From assembly GCA_043228905.1 (NCBI GenBank), contig JBHGNT010000009.1, positions 19,902,001 to 19,966,000 on the forward strand: DNA of 64,000 nt, written 5' to 3'. Positions 34,426 through 45,520 of the stretch are shown piece after piece. The notes beneath the pieces were generated by a model that worked only from the letters and a program-made list of their open reading frames with translations, was not told the origin of the DNA and made no database searches. The DNA is from Azolla caroliniana. Taxonomy: Eukaryota > Plantae > Polypodiophyta. Position 1 is the first letter of the stretch. Every line of letters starts with the position of its first letter. A program made the translations under genes and the position numbers.

Positions 34426-35144
34426 CGTGTGACTAAAATATGACGATGTCTTCCTATTTATAGGGAATGACCACAATGGTTAAAGTAACCACAATCACTT
34501 TAACCAGGGTTGGCAAGCTTGAGGTTAGTTAGTTAGTAACCACAGTCACTTTAACCAGAGTTACTTATTATTGCATTAATGATTACAAAGTCAAACTAAC
34601 ATCTTGATGAATATTTTATAGTAAAAATAACTTACAATGACTTTGAAGGTCATCAAGGAAACAATGGTAGAGGTTCATGAATGAACCAATGATTGATTAT
34701 TGAAAGCAACATTTTTATGAATCTTAATTGCTTTGTATTAAAGATGTGGGCATGAATGAACCAATTATTGAAAAGTCTTATATTTAAAATTGTGGGATGA
34801 ATGAACCAATGACTGAGAAGTTCTATATTAAATATGGGTGTCGTTAATTAACCAATGATTTTAACTTTAATCCAACATATATATGGCTTGGTAATTATTG
34901 TAATTATATTATACTTGATTTAACTTCATACAAACTAGTTTAAGTAATTATTAATATGTTGAATACAATTACTATATTAAAAATAATATTTTTTATGTAT
35001 TGTATTAATATAATATTAAATAATATAGACATTATATTGAGGGAGTTTCTGTTTAGAGAGGAGTATATGTTTAGAGAGGAGCTTATTAGTTTTGTGCCTT
35101 AGCCTAAGCACATAACTTAAAGAGCTCTGTCTGGACCTTAAGCC

Positions 35145-37079
35145 ATGAGTGAAGTTTCACCGTTCTCGATTGAAGAATATTGTTTGTCATCAGACTCTTC
35201 GTTTTCTACCGAAGAGTATTGTTTGTCGACAGACTCACCATTTTCTATTGAAGAATATTGTATGTCGACAAACTCACCATTTTCTATTGAAGAATATTGT
35301 ATGTCGACAGACTCACCATATTCTATCGAAGAGTATTGTCTGAGCTCATCTTCACCTACAACGAATGTGAGTAATGACACATGTGAAGAGTTCTCTATTG
35401 AAGAATACGATATTAATAAAGATACGGAGAATGAAGGTAGTGCCAATGAAACATCGAATATCATGGGCGATGGTCACAACAAAGAATTGGATAGTAACAA
35501 GGTTACACCAACTTCTATGCAGGAAGAGAAATCTGGAAGCCCTATGCATATTAGAAGAATCCCACAAAGAATTCGTCTGGCTAGATTTAACTTGGTGACA
35601 TCAGATAAACAGATTGGATTTGATGTCAAAAAAATATGTTGTGCCCGTGGTTATATGTCTATGATTGGAAAATCAAAGTTGCGAGAATTAAGGCGATACT
35701 ATTTTTCGATGACTGGTGATGAGCAAGACACTTACCTCGGGTCTAACTGTGTTTGGCTATCTAAATATGTTGGTCAACCAAGGATTGTTTAGAAAAGTGA
35801 AAGTCAATTTTCTTTTGGTTGGCCACACACATGATCATATAGATCAGATGTTTAGCACATTCTCCAGACAATTGTCTCGGCATGATGCTTTCACATTACC
35901 TAAACTATTTGATGTCATTTGTGATGCATATACACCACGCCCAAAAGTGTTACACTTGAAGGAGGTATATGGCTTTAAGAGATATATATCAGATGGGGGT
36001 GTTGGAAATGTTAAAGTGCTTGCTTAGTTAAACAATATAAGCTTCAATCACATTTTTATGATAAAGAAAAATGAAATAAGTGGTTCTACACTTTTGTATG
36101 CTAAACAATATTCATCTTCTATAACATGGGAACCTGAAGGTGGTTGCCAGTTATTACTTTGTATGCCGAGTACAATTGTCCATGGAGCTAAGCAAATGCC
36201 AATTGAGAAGAAAGGACAGTTGCAGAGTGACTTGGTATCGGAACAAAAACGGTTATGGCTCCAAGCCTTAGAAGAAAAAAGAAAGCATATTGAGGCTACC
36301 AAAAATATGCTGCACAACAAGACACGTCATGGTGGGGTGTATTTTATAGTGATCAGAAAGGAATTATAGAAAATTGTGTATTTGGTGATAATTGGAATTT
36401 GGAAACGCCATTCACATGGTCGCTGAAACATGATCGTGTAAATAGAACTCCGAAGCAACCAGCAAATGCGATTAATGACAGTTTGGTCCATCCACAACAA
36501 AGAGACATTTATGTGGGTCCAAGGATGACCAAAGTAGCCGAAGCTAGATGGCAAGGCAATTTGCAAGAGCTCACGACGAGGATGTTGATTGCAACGCCGA
36601 CTGATGTGAATTCACATGGCCACCAATTTTGGGTTGGTAAAATTCTAGCAGTGCTAATGCATGAAATAGAAAACACTATCAAGTCTATAAACGTTCATTG
36701 GTACAACACTAGAAGTGCAAATGCTTTTACAGGTAAGTATACATTGGAGATGATTAAATGCCCAACGAGAAGGGGAGGTAGGAAGAGGAAGCAAAACATT
36801 CGTAACACCTCGACCCTTGATATCTCTGATGTGGATATCATCGTGTACGACTTCACACTTACAAAAGTCAGACGATTAAGGAAGTCAACAATAGATATAA
36901 TAAAAGAAAAATTACCAGGTCTACAAGGTGGCTCGAGTCAAAGGCAAACAAGATCTGCTACATATAATCTAGAGTCAAACCATTTGGTTTATGACGAAGA
37001 TAATGCACTGATTGGTACATCCGAGGATGACGAGGAGGAATCGTCATTGTATATTAATTATAATAGTGATTCTCTGTAA
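35145..37079 (+). pseudogene. Sola-like (DUF7869-type) DDE transposase with internal deletion and frameshifts
   Basis: N-terminal KKICCARG...RELRRYYFSMTGDEQDTYL; core VFGYLNMLVNQGLFRKVKVNFLLVGHTHDHIDQMFSTFSRQL; C-terminal FWVGKILAV...INVHWYN beta-barrel. Family assignment is from remembered motif similarity. Confidence 0.75.
35155..35345 (+). repeat. 39-bp coding minisatellite (13-aa SPFSIEEYCMSTD, 5 copies)
   Basis: Visible in the DNA and in ORF 35145-35792. Confidence 0.9.
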
Positions 37080-37389
37080 AGGAATGATCATGAATGTATT
37101 TTTGGCTATTAAGTGTAACTACATTTCGCTTGTAACAAATCGAGTAATATAAAAGCATGTGTTTTGAATTCTTATGATTTCTAAAAAATCGTTTCTTATA
37201 AAATAACATTGGTTGTAAAGTTTGTGATATAAATTGAGAATGTAACTTTTTGAAATTCCTCTTTTTTTAGTTACTTCTAAATCACGAAAATAGTGGATTT
37301 TTAACCTTTTTCATAGTATGTTTGAACATGTTTGATATTGGTATCAATGTGTTTTGTAAAATCATTGAAAAAGCCCTAAAATCAACCAA

Positions 37390-38095
37390 AAGCAGGGACT
37401 CCTTCGCATATAGTTCTTCTAGTTTTCCCATTTCATTGTTCAAGCGGATTTCGAGTTGATGCCTTCTCTCCTGTTCCCCCACCAGCTGCTCATCGAACCA
37501 TGCCTTCTTCTTCTCCAATAAGGCCCGGAGTCCCGCGATTGCTGCTTCCGATTTTTTCGCTTCTTCCCGTAATTGGGCATTTTCTTCTTTCATCCGGGTG
37601 TGTTGTGTTGTCCCCACTGCGAGTTTCTCTTCAAGGGTCTTCACTGCCTTTCGGCCGTTGGCCCGGATGTCCTTTTCTTTGTCCGAGGACTGGCGAAGTT
37701 CAACGCGGAGGTGGTCAATCTCTGATTCCGCTAGTTGCACGACCCATTTTGCTTTTGAGGCAATGGCAGTCTGAGCTTCAATCTCTTCCCTCAGGGCTTC
37801 GACGGTGTTGGTTGTTGGTGGAGCTACCTGTTGCGCCGTAGTCGCGTTATTTTCCAACTCCGTGATGCGTTCATTGGCCTTTTGTAGCTCGGCTTGGGTC
37901 AGTTTAACCTTTTTCCAAACATTTTTATTTTTAATCGCCATATCCTTGGCACCCATACTGACCTTTGCCAGTTCCCTATGAACTTCGACAAGGACCGCGT
38001 TTAATGGGGGTAGTTCCATCCCCATTTGGCGTATACCGGCATTCCTCTACCTGCCGACTCTGGCTAACTTCTCCTCATCGTCGCTTTCCGCCGTT
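37390..38095 (-). pseudogene. GC-rich coiled-coil ORF fragment, probably a retroelement accessory ORF
   Basis: ORF 37282-38025 has heptad character; abrupt GC shift at ~37390. Confidence 0.45.
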
Positions 38096-38097
38096 TG

Positions 38098-38388
38098 TGT
38101 AAAAACCGATCGTGACTACCTTATTGGAATAGAGGTCATAATCGAGACCGATTTTCTACCTATTCTCGGAATGATATCTGGTTGTGCTACACCAGATATT
38201 GCTATGTTGTGATGGATTGCCTATATGATGTCCCTCAACCCCGAGATTCGACATATAAATAGCAAGCATAATGTGGTGGCCGATATGTTGTCAAGGGCAA
38301 GGTATGAGAGTGAAGAAGATTTGTGGTCCGACAAAGAGGATGTTGGCCTAAACTTCTTTACGGTTTCTTGTGCTCAGGTGCTAGCAGT
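38098..38388 (+). pseudogene. Gypsy RNase H C-terminal fragment
   Basis: DRDYLIGIEVIIETDFLPILGMI...EIRHINSKHNVVADMLSR; homologous to 60100-60370 on minus. Confidence 0.85.
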
Positions 38389-39226
38389 GTTGACATATGC
38401 AGGGGGAGCTGTATTGTGGTAGTTGAGGCTGTAGAAATCCGTGGCACTGTCGACAACGGAAGCGGAGTACATTGCGGCTGTAGAAGCTCGTAAAGAGGTA
38501 ATAAGGATGAAGGACTTCATCGGAGAGCTAGGGATCCAACAAGAGGAATTCTGGCTCTACCGCCATAGTCAAAGTGTCATCCACCTCGCAAACAACGCGG
38601 CCTACCATTCCTAGACCAAACACATCTAAAGAAGATATCACTAGCTCCGAGAGAAGGTAGAAGATAAGCTGACGAAGATCCATATGGAGGAGAACAGGTC
38701 GAACATGTTGACCAAGGTGCTATCAGCTGACAAACTGGACGTATGCCGGAGAGGGATCGGATAACGAGACATCCCATGCCGAAGTGAAGGGGGAGTTTGT
38801 TGGGAAACGGTCCCTCCGGATGAGTCGGATCGGTTGGATCCAGAAGGAGTCCAGCTTGATCCGATATGAACAAACAAATAGGAACATATTAGTAAATATG
38901 TTCAAACGTGACCATTGAGGTCATATTTGTAAATATTCCTAAAGTTATATAAGTATAAATATAACTAGGGCAACACTGTTTGTAGTAATGATCATCATCA
39001 TTATAGTTGTACAGAGAGAGAAAGAACAAAAAGCTTTTTTTTGTTGTAACCGCCAGTTGGCAAAGATAGAGCTTTCCTCTCATAGTGATAGTTGGAGTCT
39101 GTGGGCTCCCGTGGTTTTTCCCTATTAGGATTTTCCACGTCAACATCACGGGTCATCTCATTTCTGGGTTCTATTTCTTCCATTGTGTGATTGAGACTCA
39201 GTTGTGGCCGAGCACTATTCCTCACA
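38389..39226 (+). mobile_element. Tnt1-like copia 3' end: RNase H remnant, PPT and 3' LTR (38798-39226)
   Basis: VALSTTEAEYIAA...HS*TKHI; PPT GAAGGGGGAG at 38786-38795; TGTTGGGAA...TCCTCACA. Confidence 0.85.
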
Positions 39227-39318
39227 GCTTCTACGTAGCTCTCCGGCTCACGCACTTCCGCCACCTTTGTCATGTACGCATAATGATGCGCCATGTACTC
39301 ATTATACCCATACACATC
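39227..39318 (-). pseudogene. Short copia pol fragment (INT-RT linker)
   Basis: YGYNEYMAHHYAYMTKVAEVREPESYVEA; the EPxSYxEA motif precedes copia RT. Confidence 0.75.
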
Positions 39319-39815
39319 TTAGCTAATTAGCGGCTAGACTATAGGTTGGTAGTAGCTAATTAGCTACATCTTAGCTAATTAACTATTCTTCTTAACTATG
39401 GTAGTAGCTAATTAGCTACCACTTTTAATAATGCTTAGCTAATTTAGCTATTCTACTTAATTATGGTAGTAACTAATTAGCTACCACTTAGCTAATTAGC
39501 TGCTAGACTAGAGGTTGGCAATATCTAATTAATTACATCTTAGCTAATTAGCTATTCTTCTTAACTATGGCAGTAGCTAATTAGCTACCACTTTTGATAT
39601 TGTTTAGCGAATTAGCTACACTATAGCTAATTAGCTGCTAGACCATAGATTTGTAGTAGCTAATTAGCTACATCTTGGCTAATTAGCTATTCTTCTTAAC
39701 TATGGTAGTATCTAATTAGCTATAACTTTTGATACTGCTTAGCTAATTAGCTACACTTTAGCTACCACACTTTATAAGGCTTAGCTAATTAGCTAAGATG
39801 TAACTAATTAGCTAC
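39319..39815. repeat. Array of palindromic AGCTAATTAGCT motifs
   Basis: About 20 copies, mirror of 18027-18550. Confidence 0.92.
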
Positions 39816-41669
39816 TACACTATAGAGACAAGTAGCAATTTTACCTGTCAGTTTTCTCAATTCATCTGGGAGAGCATTATTGCAATCCCCCAAACATACT
39901 GCCGCAATGCGATAGGCATATTGAAAACAAACGATATGGTATGTGTGCAGGCATGGTCGTAGGTGTACCAACAAAGTAGTAGTTTTGTCCTCTACGCCTA
40001 AGCCGCAAGCGATGCAACATGCTTGAACAGTCAATATATCGTTGCCCGATTCTCCTTCGTTTGGTAAAGGAGCAAGAATGTTGAGGTCCAATTCTTGTCT
40101 GCTCTTTACCATCCCCTCCACAAAATGTAGCTACTTCTTAAGGCAACTAACTACCTGTTCTTGACAGTAATATTGTTCCTAGAATCATTAACCTACTTGG
40201 AGGTACTCCAAATTATAATGAGTGACAGTATTTACACCTAGAAGGTCCAGGTTCATTAAAAGAACCTGGATCTCTGTCCGTAGTTGTATTTTCTGGTGGG
40301 GATCTAGGGCCCCTTCAATTTCAAGCTCATGTTGAACAACCTATCCCAAATAATGCCTCACTAAGCACATTTTCATGTACAAGTTATTTATAACATGTTA
40401 CATACTAGCAAAACAATAGCTACCTGAATCTTATTTCTGATTGTTTTCATTGCCAAAGTGACTTTGCTCTCCATCGCAGCAGCCAATGTTGCTTTCTCTA
40501 AGTTAGTCTTTGTTGCCTCTAATGTCTCACAGGCTTCATGGACATTTTTCAGCATATAGCTAATCAATGTCTCACCTGTATCATCGATATTGGTTTTCAT
40601 TGTGTTTCGATGTGGTGTATACTGGCAAGTTTGTTGGGAGTCAGCAATTGCATCATCAACTGCCATGCTCTAGAATCTAGCCATTTTTTGTTGCAAGCTC
40701 CCCATCTTCTGGCATTGTTCTACTGATGCCCCACCATAAATAGCCCAAGCTACCCTATACATTTAAGGGTTCGTTGCTTCTTTTGCTGTTTTGCAATACT
40801 CGTATGCAAAAGCTCTCGCGAATGCAACGGACAACTCGTTGTTGACCGGGATCTCTTGATGTACTTTCTGGTGGAGCCTCATGCAGTCATCATACAGCTC
40901 TGGTCGTACATGCTTGAGCTTCACCTTGTCTTTCACTCTGGGCACTTTATAGACTGACAACCAGTCTACATCACTAATCAATTTATCTGTTACAACAATA
41001 ATGTCAATACCCCCTAGCGACATACCATATATGTTGTTAAAGTCCTCTTTTGTCTCTCAAAACTTCGCAAAGTTCAGCACTCTAGAATATGGAGGAATGA
41101 GCCACCTGAAATCAAAAATCAATACATGTTACCTCTACTCTACTAGGACATGTGTATTTAGAACCATAATTGGTAGTTAAGAATCAAAAATAAAAAATTA
41201 GCCACATTCACCCAAATCCTAAATCAAGTTTGGGGAAGTTTGCAGACACACAACCATTGAAATAAGAAATGTGAATTGGTGCAAAATTCCAACACTAAAT
41301 CTGAAATCTTCAACAGTAATCAGAAATCAACCGCTTAAATAATCAGAAACCCTAATCTGAAATATGTATGAAATCAACCCTAAATTAGAATTTTTGTCAA
41401 TCAGAAACACACATGTTGCTATACCCTGATCTTCGAGACATCCTTGTTTGGGACTCCAACGACTTCGCGCTAATCATTTTCTATAAAAGATGAATAGGCA
41501 ACAAAGTTACAGTTATCAGAAAAAAAGAAAAAATTTAATGTGTAACTGCCACATACTTGGACGAGGATCGAACTGGTGGTGTGTTGTAGCTCTGAAGGTG
41601 CAATGTCAATATCAGAGTTTTTTTGTTGTTGCGGGAGCTTCGTCTGCGTTCATGCTCAGAGTACTCCAT
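39804..41669 (-). pseudogene. Multi-exon transposon cargo gene ending in a RING-H2 finger
   Basis: First exon MEYSEHERRRSS... with GT donor at 41556; middle ORFs 40763-41023 and 40388-40666; last exon CIAC-x16-PCLHTYHIVC-x10-CLGDC (C3H2C3). Stops present. Confidence 0.72.
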
Positions 41670-41960
41670 CTGTTTGGATTTCGAACTCAAACTCAGGATT
41701 AACAGTAATTTGGTGACATTCAAGTCAAGTTTAGATGAGGGCATTGTTCCCCACGTTCCACTACGTCAGAAACCAAAGTTCAAATTTTGTAGTATTCTCA
41801 TAAATAAAATGACAAGTATTTAACTAATAAAGCATAAAATTTCGTAAATGATCCTTATGATTTGCCCACAAAAAACTAGTTAAACAAATAGCTAAATAGC
41901 TATGGCCATTGTACTAGATAATTAGCTATAATAGTGTTTCCTCTCACATGCTTTTACCCC

Positions 41961-44900
41961 TAATAGCTCTAATAACTCTAATAGCTTTAATAGCTCTAAT
42001 AGCTTATAGTGATAATAACAAGTGTGTTGATAATAAGTTATTTCACTTTAAAATATTTTACTCGATATTATGTTGTATCGTAAATTCAACTAGCTATTAT
42101 CATCCTATGGTGAATGTTCTTATCAAGTTATTAGCTATCGCTTAGTTAAACAACCATTTACAAATATTTGCATCAGTTCATATAATTTGGTAGAGGTTAT
42201 TTTCTCATCGTGGCATGAAAACGTCACAACATCCTCCCCCTCTAGACCTGCGCATCCTCCGGCATGCGCCAACGAACATCTCTTTCTTTAGGTTCGTGGA
42301 TTTCCTCTTCGTTAAGGAAATTAGTGCTATGATCTTCCCTTAAATTTTGACTCATAAGACATCATATCATGTCCGCACGAGTTAATTTGTAATTCTTCTT
42401 TATTTCTATCATGCTCCTACCTAACAGTAAGAAATTGAACATTCCTTTTACCATCAATACTTCGAATCCTAGCATATGTTGAGCCATCTTCAAGCACCTT
42501 CATCTCCATCCTAGAAGATGTGATGTATGGTTGGCCAAGAATCACTAGGTATGACAAGGTCTTTTGGATAAAGAAATGTTGCTCCATTGGCACATCTCCA
42601 ATGGTGACTTTGATATTCGAGCAAGCTCCATGTTCAAGTTCCTTGGTCGTTGAATTAGCCGATTTCACCCTCCACCCATGATTTGTTTCCATTGGCCATC
42701 CGCCTTCCCTGTAAATATCAAAAGAAATTAGATTAATTTCGGAGCCGTGGTCGATTAAGGCCACAACTAGATCTTCAAGGTTTTCAATCTTCACAGGTGT
42801 CTCAGTTGTTGCTCTTGTGTTTCTTAGCATAGTAGCTTTTTAGCTCTTTTGGCTTCACTTCAAAAGTTGTCGTCGCCATAACTTGTGTACCAACAATGGA
42901 AGAGCTTGGTTCCCCTTTGATGACTTCCACCGTTGCTTTTTTCACTTCACTTCCTAGGTTTTCAGCAGCTTCATAAAATTTCTCGTTTTCTTTTAATTCC
43001 ATCTATTATTGCATGATCATGAAATTCTTTTTTAGCTATGCCCAAAAGTTCCCTCAAGGAAAGCTCCACTTTGCTATCTAAAATTCTTTCTTCCAGTACT
43101 TTTTTCAAATAAGTTGAAGCTTCAATATTTGATAATAATTTGAACGAGGGACTCTTCTTATCCTTACCTTTTTAAATGTCAGGGCTTACCATTTTCGGAC
43201 TTTCTGTCTCCTTCTTTTTAGCGCTTCTTAGCTCCCTCTTCTTGTTATCTTCATTTTCCGCCCATTTCCGTTTCTCTTCCATGATCACTTCATGGGCTTG
43301 GTTTGTTGCAACCTTCGCGAAAGCTGAGAGGCCATCCACTAGGTCTTCCCAACCAATATTGCTTCGGACAACATCACCTCCAGACTTCAACTTTTCAAAC
43401 TCATTTTCACCCTTTCTTCCAGCTTTAAGAATACACGGCCAAAATTCAGATTCAGATCCTCCTTCACCAACATAGATGATTGTAGTTGTTGGTTGATAGA
43501 CAAATTGTGTCCTAGTTGTTTCCGCATCTTCGATGATCCTTCTCATACCACAAGTTAGCTCGAAGAGGTAATCAAGTTTTAGAAGAATGAATCTTACCAT
43601 CTTTGAAGAATATCACCCCTCTATCTATCGCTTCTTGATAGTTATCACACCCTCCTCTTGAATGGTTGACGCTAGCACACCATATGCATCTTCTTTCATA
43701 ATCTTTTTGGAGCTGCGAGGATTTTTCTTTTTGTAGCTTTGCAACATGACATAATGAAAGATCTCTTATACCTTTGATAAGATCGTCCATCACCGTTTCG
43801 GGTACCTTGGAAATAGTTTATGGACTCCCAGTATCCTCCCTGATGGTTGTCTTCACTTCATCTTTCATACCCCCGGAAATCGAAAGATCTTTACACCATT
43901 GGGCTCTTCTGTTGATTCTGTTGGGATGGCTTCATGTACTCTATTCCAATCGAACACTAGACCAGTGGGTATACTCCAGCCTTCAAGGAATGCAACTAAT
44001 TTTTCTCGATAGGATCGGTCTGATGCCTTCAAGAATAATATGACCTTCCCCGGTTCCAAAAGAGTCCTTTCGGTCGTCGTTAATTGGTTATAACAAGCTT
44101 CAAACTCTTTCAACAACTCCATCACCGAAATCTTCTTGTCCTCTTTGTCCACCCAATCCAGAAAACTCCTCCTTGATGCTCAGATTGTATCACCAAGCAT
44201 GTATTCATTTAATAAAGTTTGCTCAAATGCAACCCAATCATTAGAACTTTTTGTGAGTTCAGAGACTTTATTTCTCAAAAAGAGATCAATTATCCTCACA
44301 AAATTCATTTGAACATCATGTTGGTTTAACCCTTTACTACGCATCTCAGTAACATATACTAGTTGTAAGAACTTAGATATATTTTTACCTTCAAAGAGAC
44401 CTATTTTCTCAACAAGCTTGTCAATAGCATGATCGATTCATTGAAGAGCAGTTGCACGTTCTTGGCTTTGCATCATTCTTTGAATCATTTGCAATACCAC
44501 GTTGATTTGTGGCTCCACAACGGCTTCTTGGTTGATCCGTGGCTTTGGGTTTGTTTGTTGGTTCTCCATCTCTCTTAACTTGGTTCACGTCGGGTTCACC
44601 ACTATGGTCTTGATCACGACAAAAGCGTGCAACGGAAAAAGAAAATGTGAATCTAGGAAGTAAGCATCGGGCTTATTGTCAAAGAAATAGGAGAAACGAA
44701 AATAGCTTGTATTGATATATCAAGATGATTACAATAGTATTTCTTGCCTATCTAATTACAATACTCTTTGACATCTAATGTTATTCCCCCTTTGATAAGG
44801 TTGCTCTTACCCTTTTTATACATGAGGAAGGTGGGTGCATGAATGGCAAGTGTTACCCATGTATTAGGAAGGTGGATGCATGAGTGACAAGTGTCACCCA

Positions 44901-45276
44901 TGCATAAGAGGCACCTACATTAGTGGGTAATAGCTTTAATAGCTAAAATACTTGATAAAAATGTACTTTGAATAAGTATTTAGCTTAATAAGTGGGTAAT
45001 AGCTTTAATAGCTCTAATAGCTCTGGTAGCTTTAATAGCTAAAATAACTTATAGTGATAATAACAAGTGTATTGATAATAGGTATTTTGCTTTAAAATAT
45101 TTTACGCGATATTATGTTTTATCTTAGATTCAACTAGTTATTACCATCCTATGGTGAATGTTCTTATCAAGTTATTAGCTATCGTTTAGCGAAACAACAT
45201 TTACAAAGATTTGCATCAGATCAAATAATTTGGTAGAGGTTATTTTTTCTCATCATGGCACGAAAACGTCACGACA
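41961..45276 (-). mobile_element. Internally deleted Ty3/gypsy with tRNA-Trp PBS (gag + protease only)
   Basis: 5' LTR ~44605-45276; PBS TGGTGAACCCGACGTGA (44585-44601); gag remnants, RCIWCASVNHSRGGC, ALIDHGSEINL...ILGQPYI; PPT 42232-42243; truncated 3' LTR 41961-42231. Confidence 0.9.
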
Positions 45277-45520
45277 CCGGATGTCAAACTGAATCTAATA
45301 TCAACTGAAAGACTTGATGACGAAGGCTACAATGGTAGTTTTCAAAATGGTATGTGGAAGTTTTGCAAGGGAAGTCTCATAGTGGCCCGAGCACAAAAAT
45401 AGGGTACTCTATATGTGATGCATGCCAAGTTGTGTAAAGATGAGGCAAATGTAGCAACAAACTTGGATGGTGAGCTATGGCATAAAAGGCTTAGTCACAT
45501 GAGCGAGAGAGGCATGCATA
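45277..45520 (+). pseudogene. Tnt1-like copia fragment (PR end and GAG-pre-integrase)
   Basis: PDVKLNLISTERLDDEGY...KGSLIVARA...LWHKRLSHMSERGM. Confidence 0.85.

Larger units (their letters stand above)
4425..37390. mobile_element. Large decayed DNA transposon (Sola-like DDE transposase + ParB-methyltransferase + RING-H2 cargo), interrupted by two gypsy insertions; right end not found
   Basis: Terminus GGGTAAAAGCATG at 4425 recurs inverted at 41960 and ~59288. Segments 4425-4856, 17827-19591 and 30191-~37390 join once the gypsy insertions are removed; the second join is supported by the AATAA TSD. Confidence 0.7.
39319..41960 (-). mobile_element. Second, inverted copy of the DNA-transposon end, with RING gene and AGCTAATTAGCT array
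   Basis: 41530-41960 is the reverse complement of 4425-4856 and 39319-40020 of 17827-18550; ends CATGCTTTTACCCC. Confidence 0.85.
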
